The translations under genes were made by a program, and so were the position numbers. A stretch of 63,761 bases of DNA, filler included, from Octopus bimaculoides (taxonomy: Eukaryota): NCBI RefSeq assembly GCF_001194135.2. It is 7 parts of 6 records of this genome, joined end to end, with 100 filler letters (N's around TTAATTAATTAA, not from the genome) between each part and the next. Parts side by side here need not be neighbours in the genome. Positions count along the whole stretch, not along the records: positions 62,414 to 63,761 come from NW_026341354.1; 6 more parts are not named here. The stretch is one strand, 5' to 3'. This document shows positions 63,747 through 63,761 of the stretch, one piece after another. Below the pieces are notes generated by a model. The model saw nothing but the letters and a program-made list of their open reading frames with translations, was not told where the DNA came from and searched no databases. Position 1 is the first letter of the stretch; the number at the start of each line of letters is the position of its first letter.

Positions 63747-63761
63747 CTAGACATCATAAAA

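Overview
AT-rich, repeat-dense eukaryotic DNA from a gapped draft assembly. It is almost certainly an octopus (inference from its tRNA-derived SINE families, extreme microsatellite load and TTAGGG repeats). Six 100-bp N spacers carrying TTAATTAATTAA are artificial contig joins. The only confidently recognised host gene is MED14 (two minus-strand exons at 62962-63085 and 63541-63746); its 5' part lies beyond the window and I could not find its C-terminal exons. The rest is mostly SINEs, decayed LINEs (RTE, R4/Dong-like, Tx1/L1-like ORF1), a Ty3/Gypsy pol fragment, mariner and hAT relics, and many MITE/foldback elements. The most interesting signals are: (1) two unrelated foldback elements with GG termini, 8/9-bp TSDs and inverted telomeric cores (Merlin-like); (2) an apparently site-specific retroelement stacked twice at one 15-bp motif; (3) a minimal type I hammerhead ribozyme core at 48152-48189; (4) a transposon-interrupted ~390-bp diverged repeat with a hint of past coding constraint; (5) a repeat-free island with a YY1/ATG motif that may be an unrecognised gene start. 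All homology calls come from motif recall, not database searches, and SINE coordinates are approximate.
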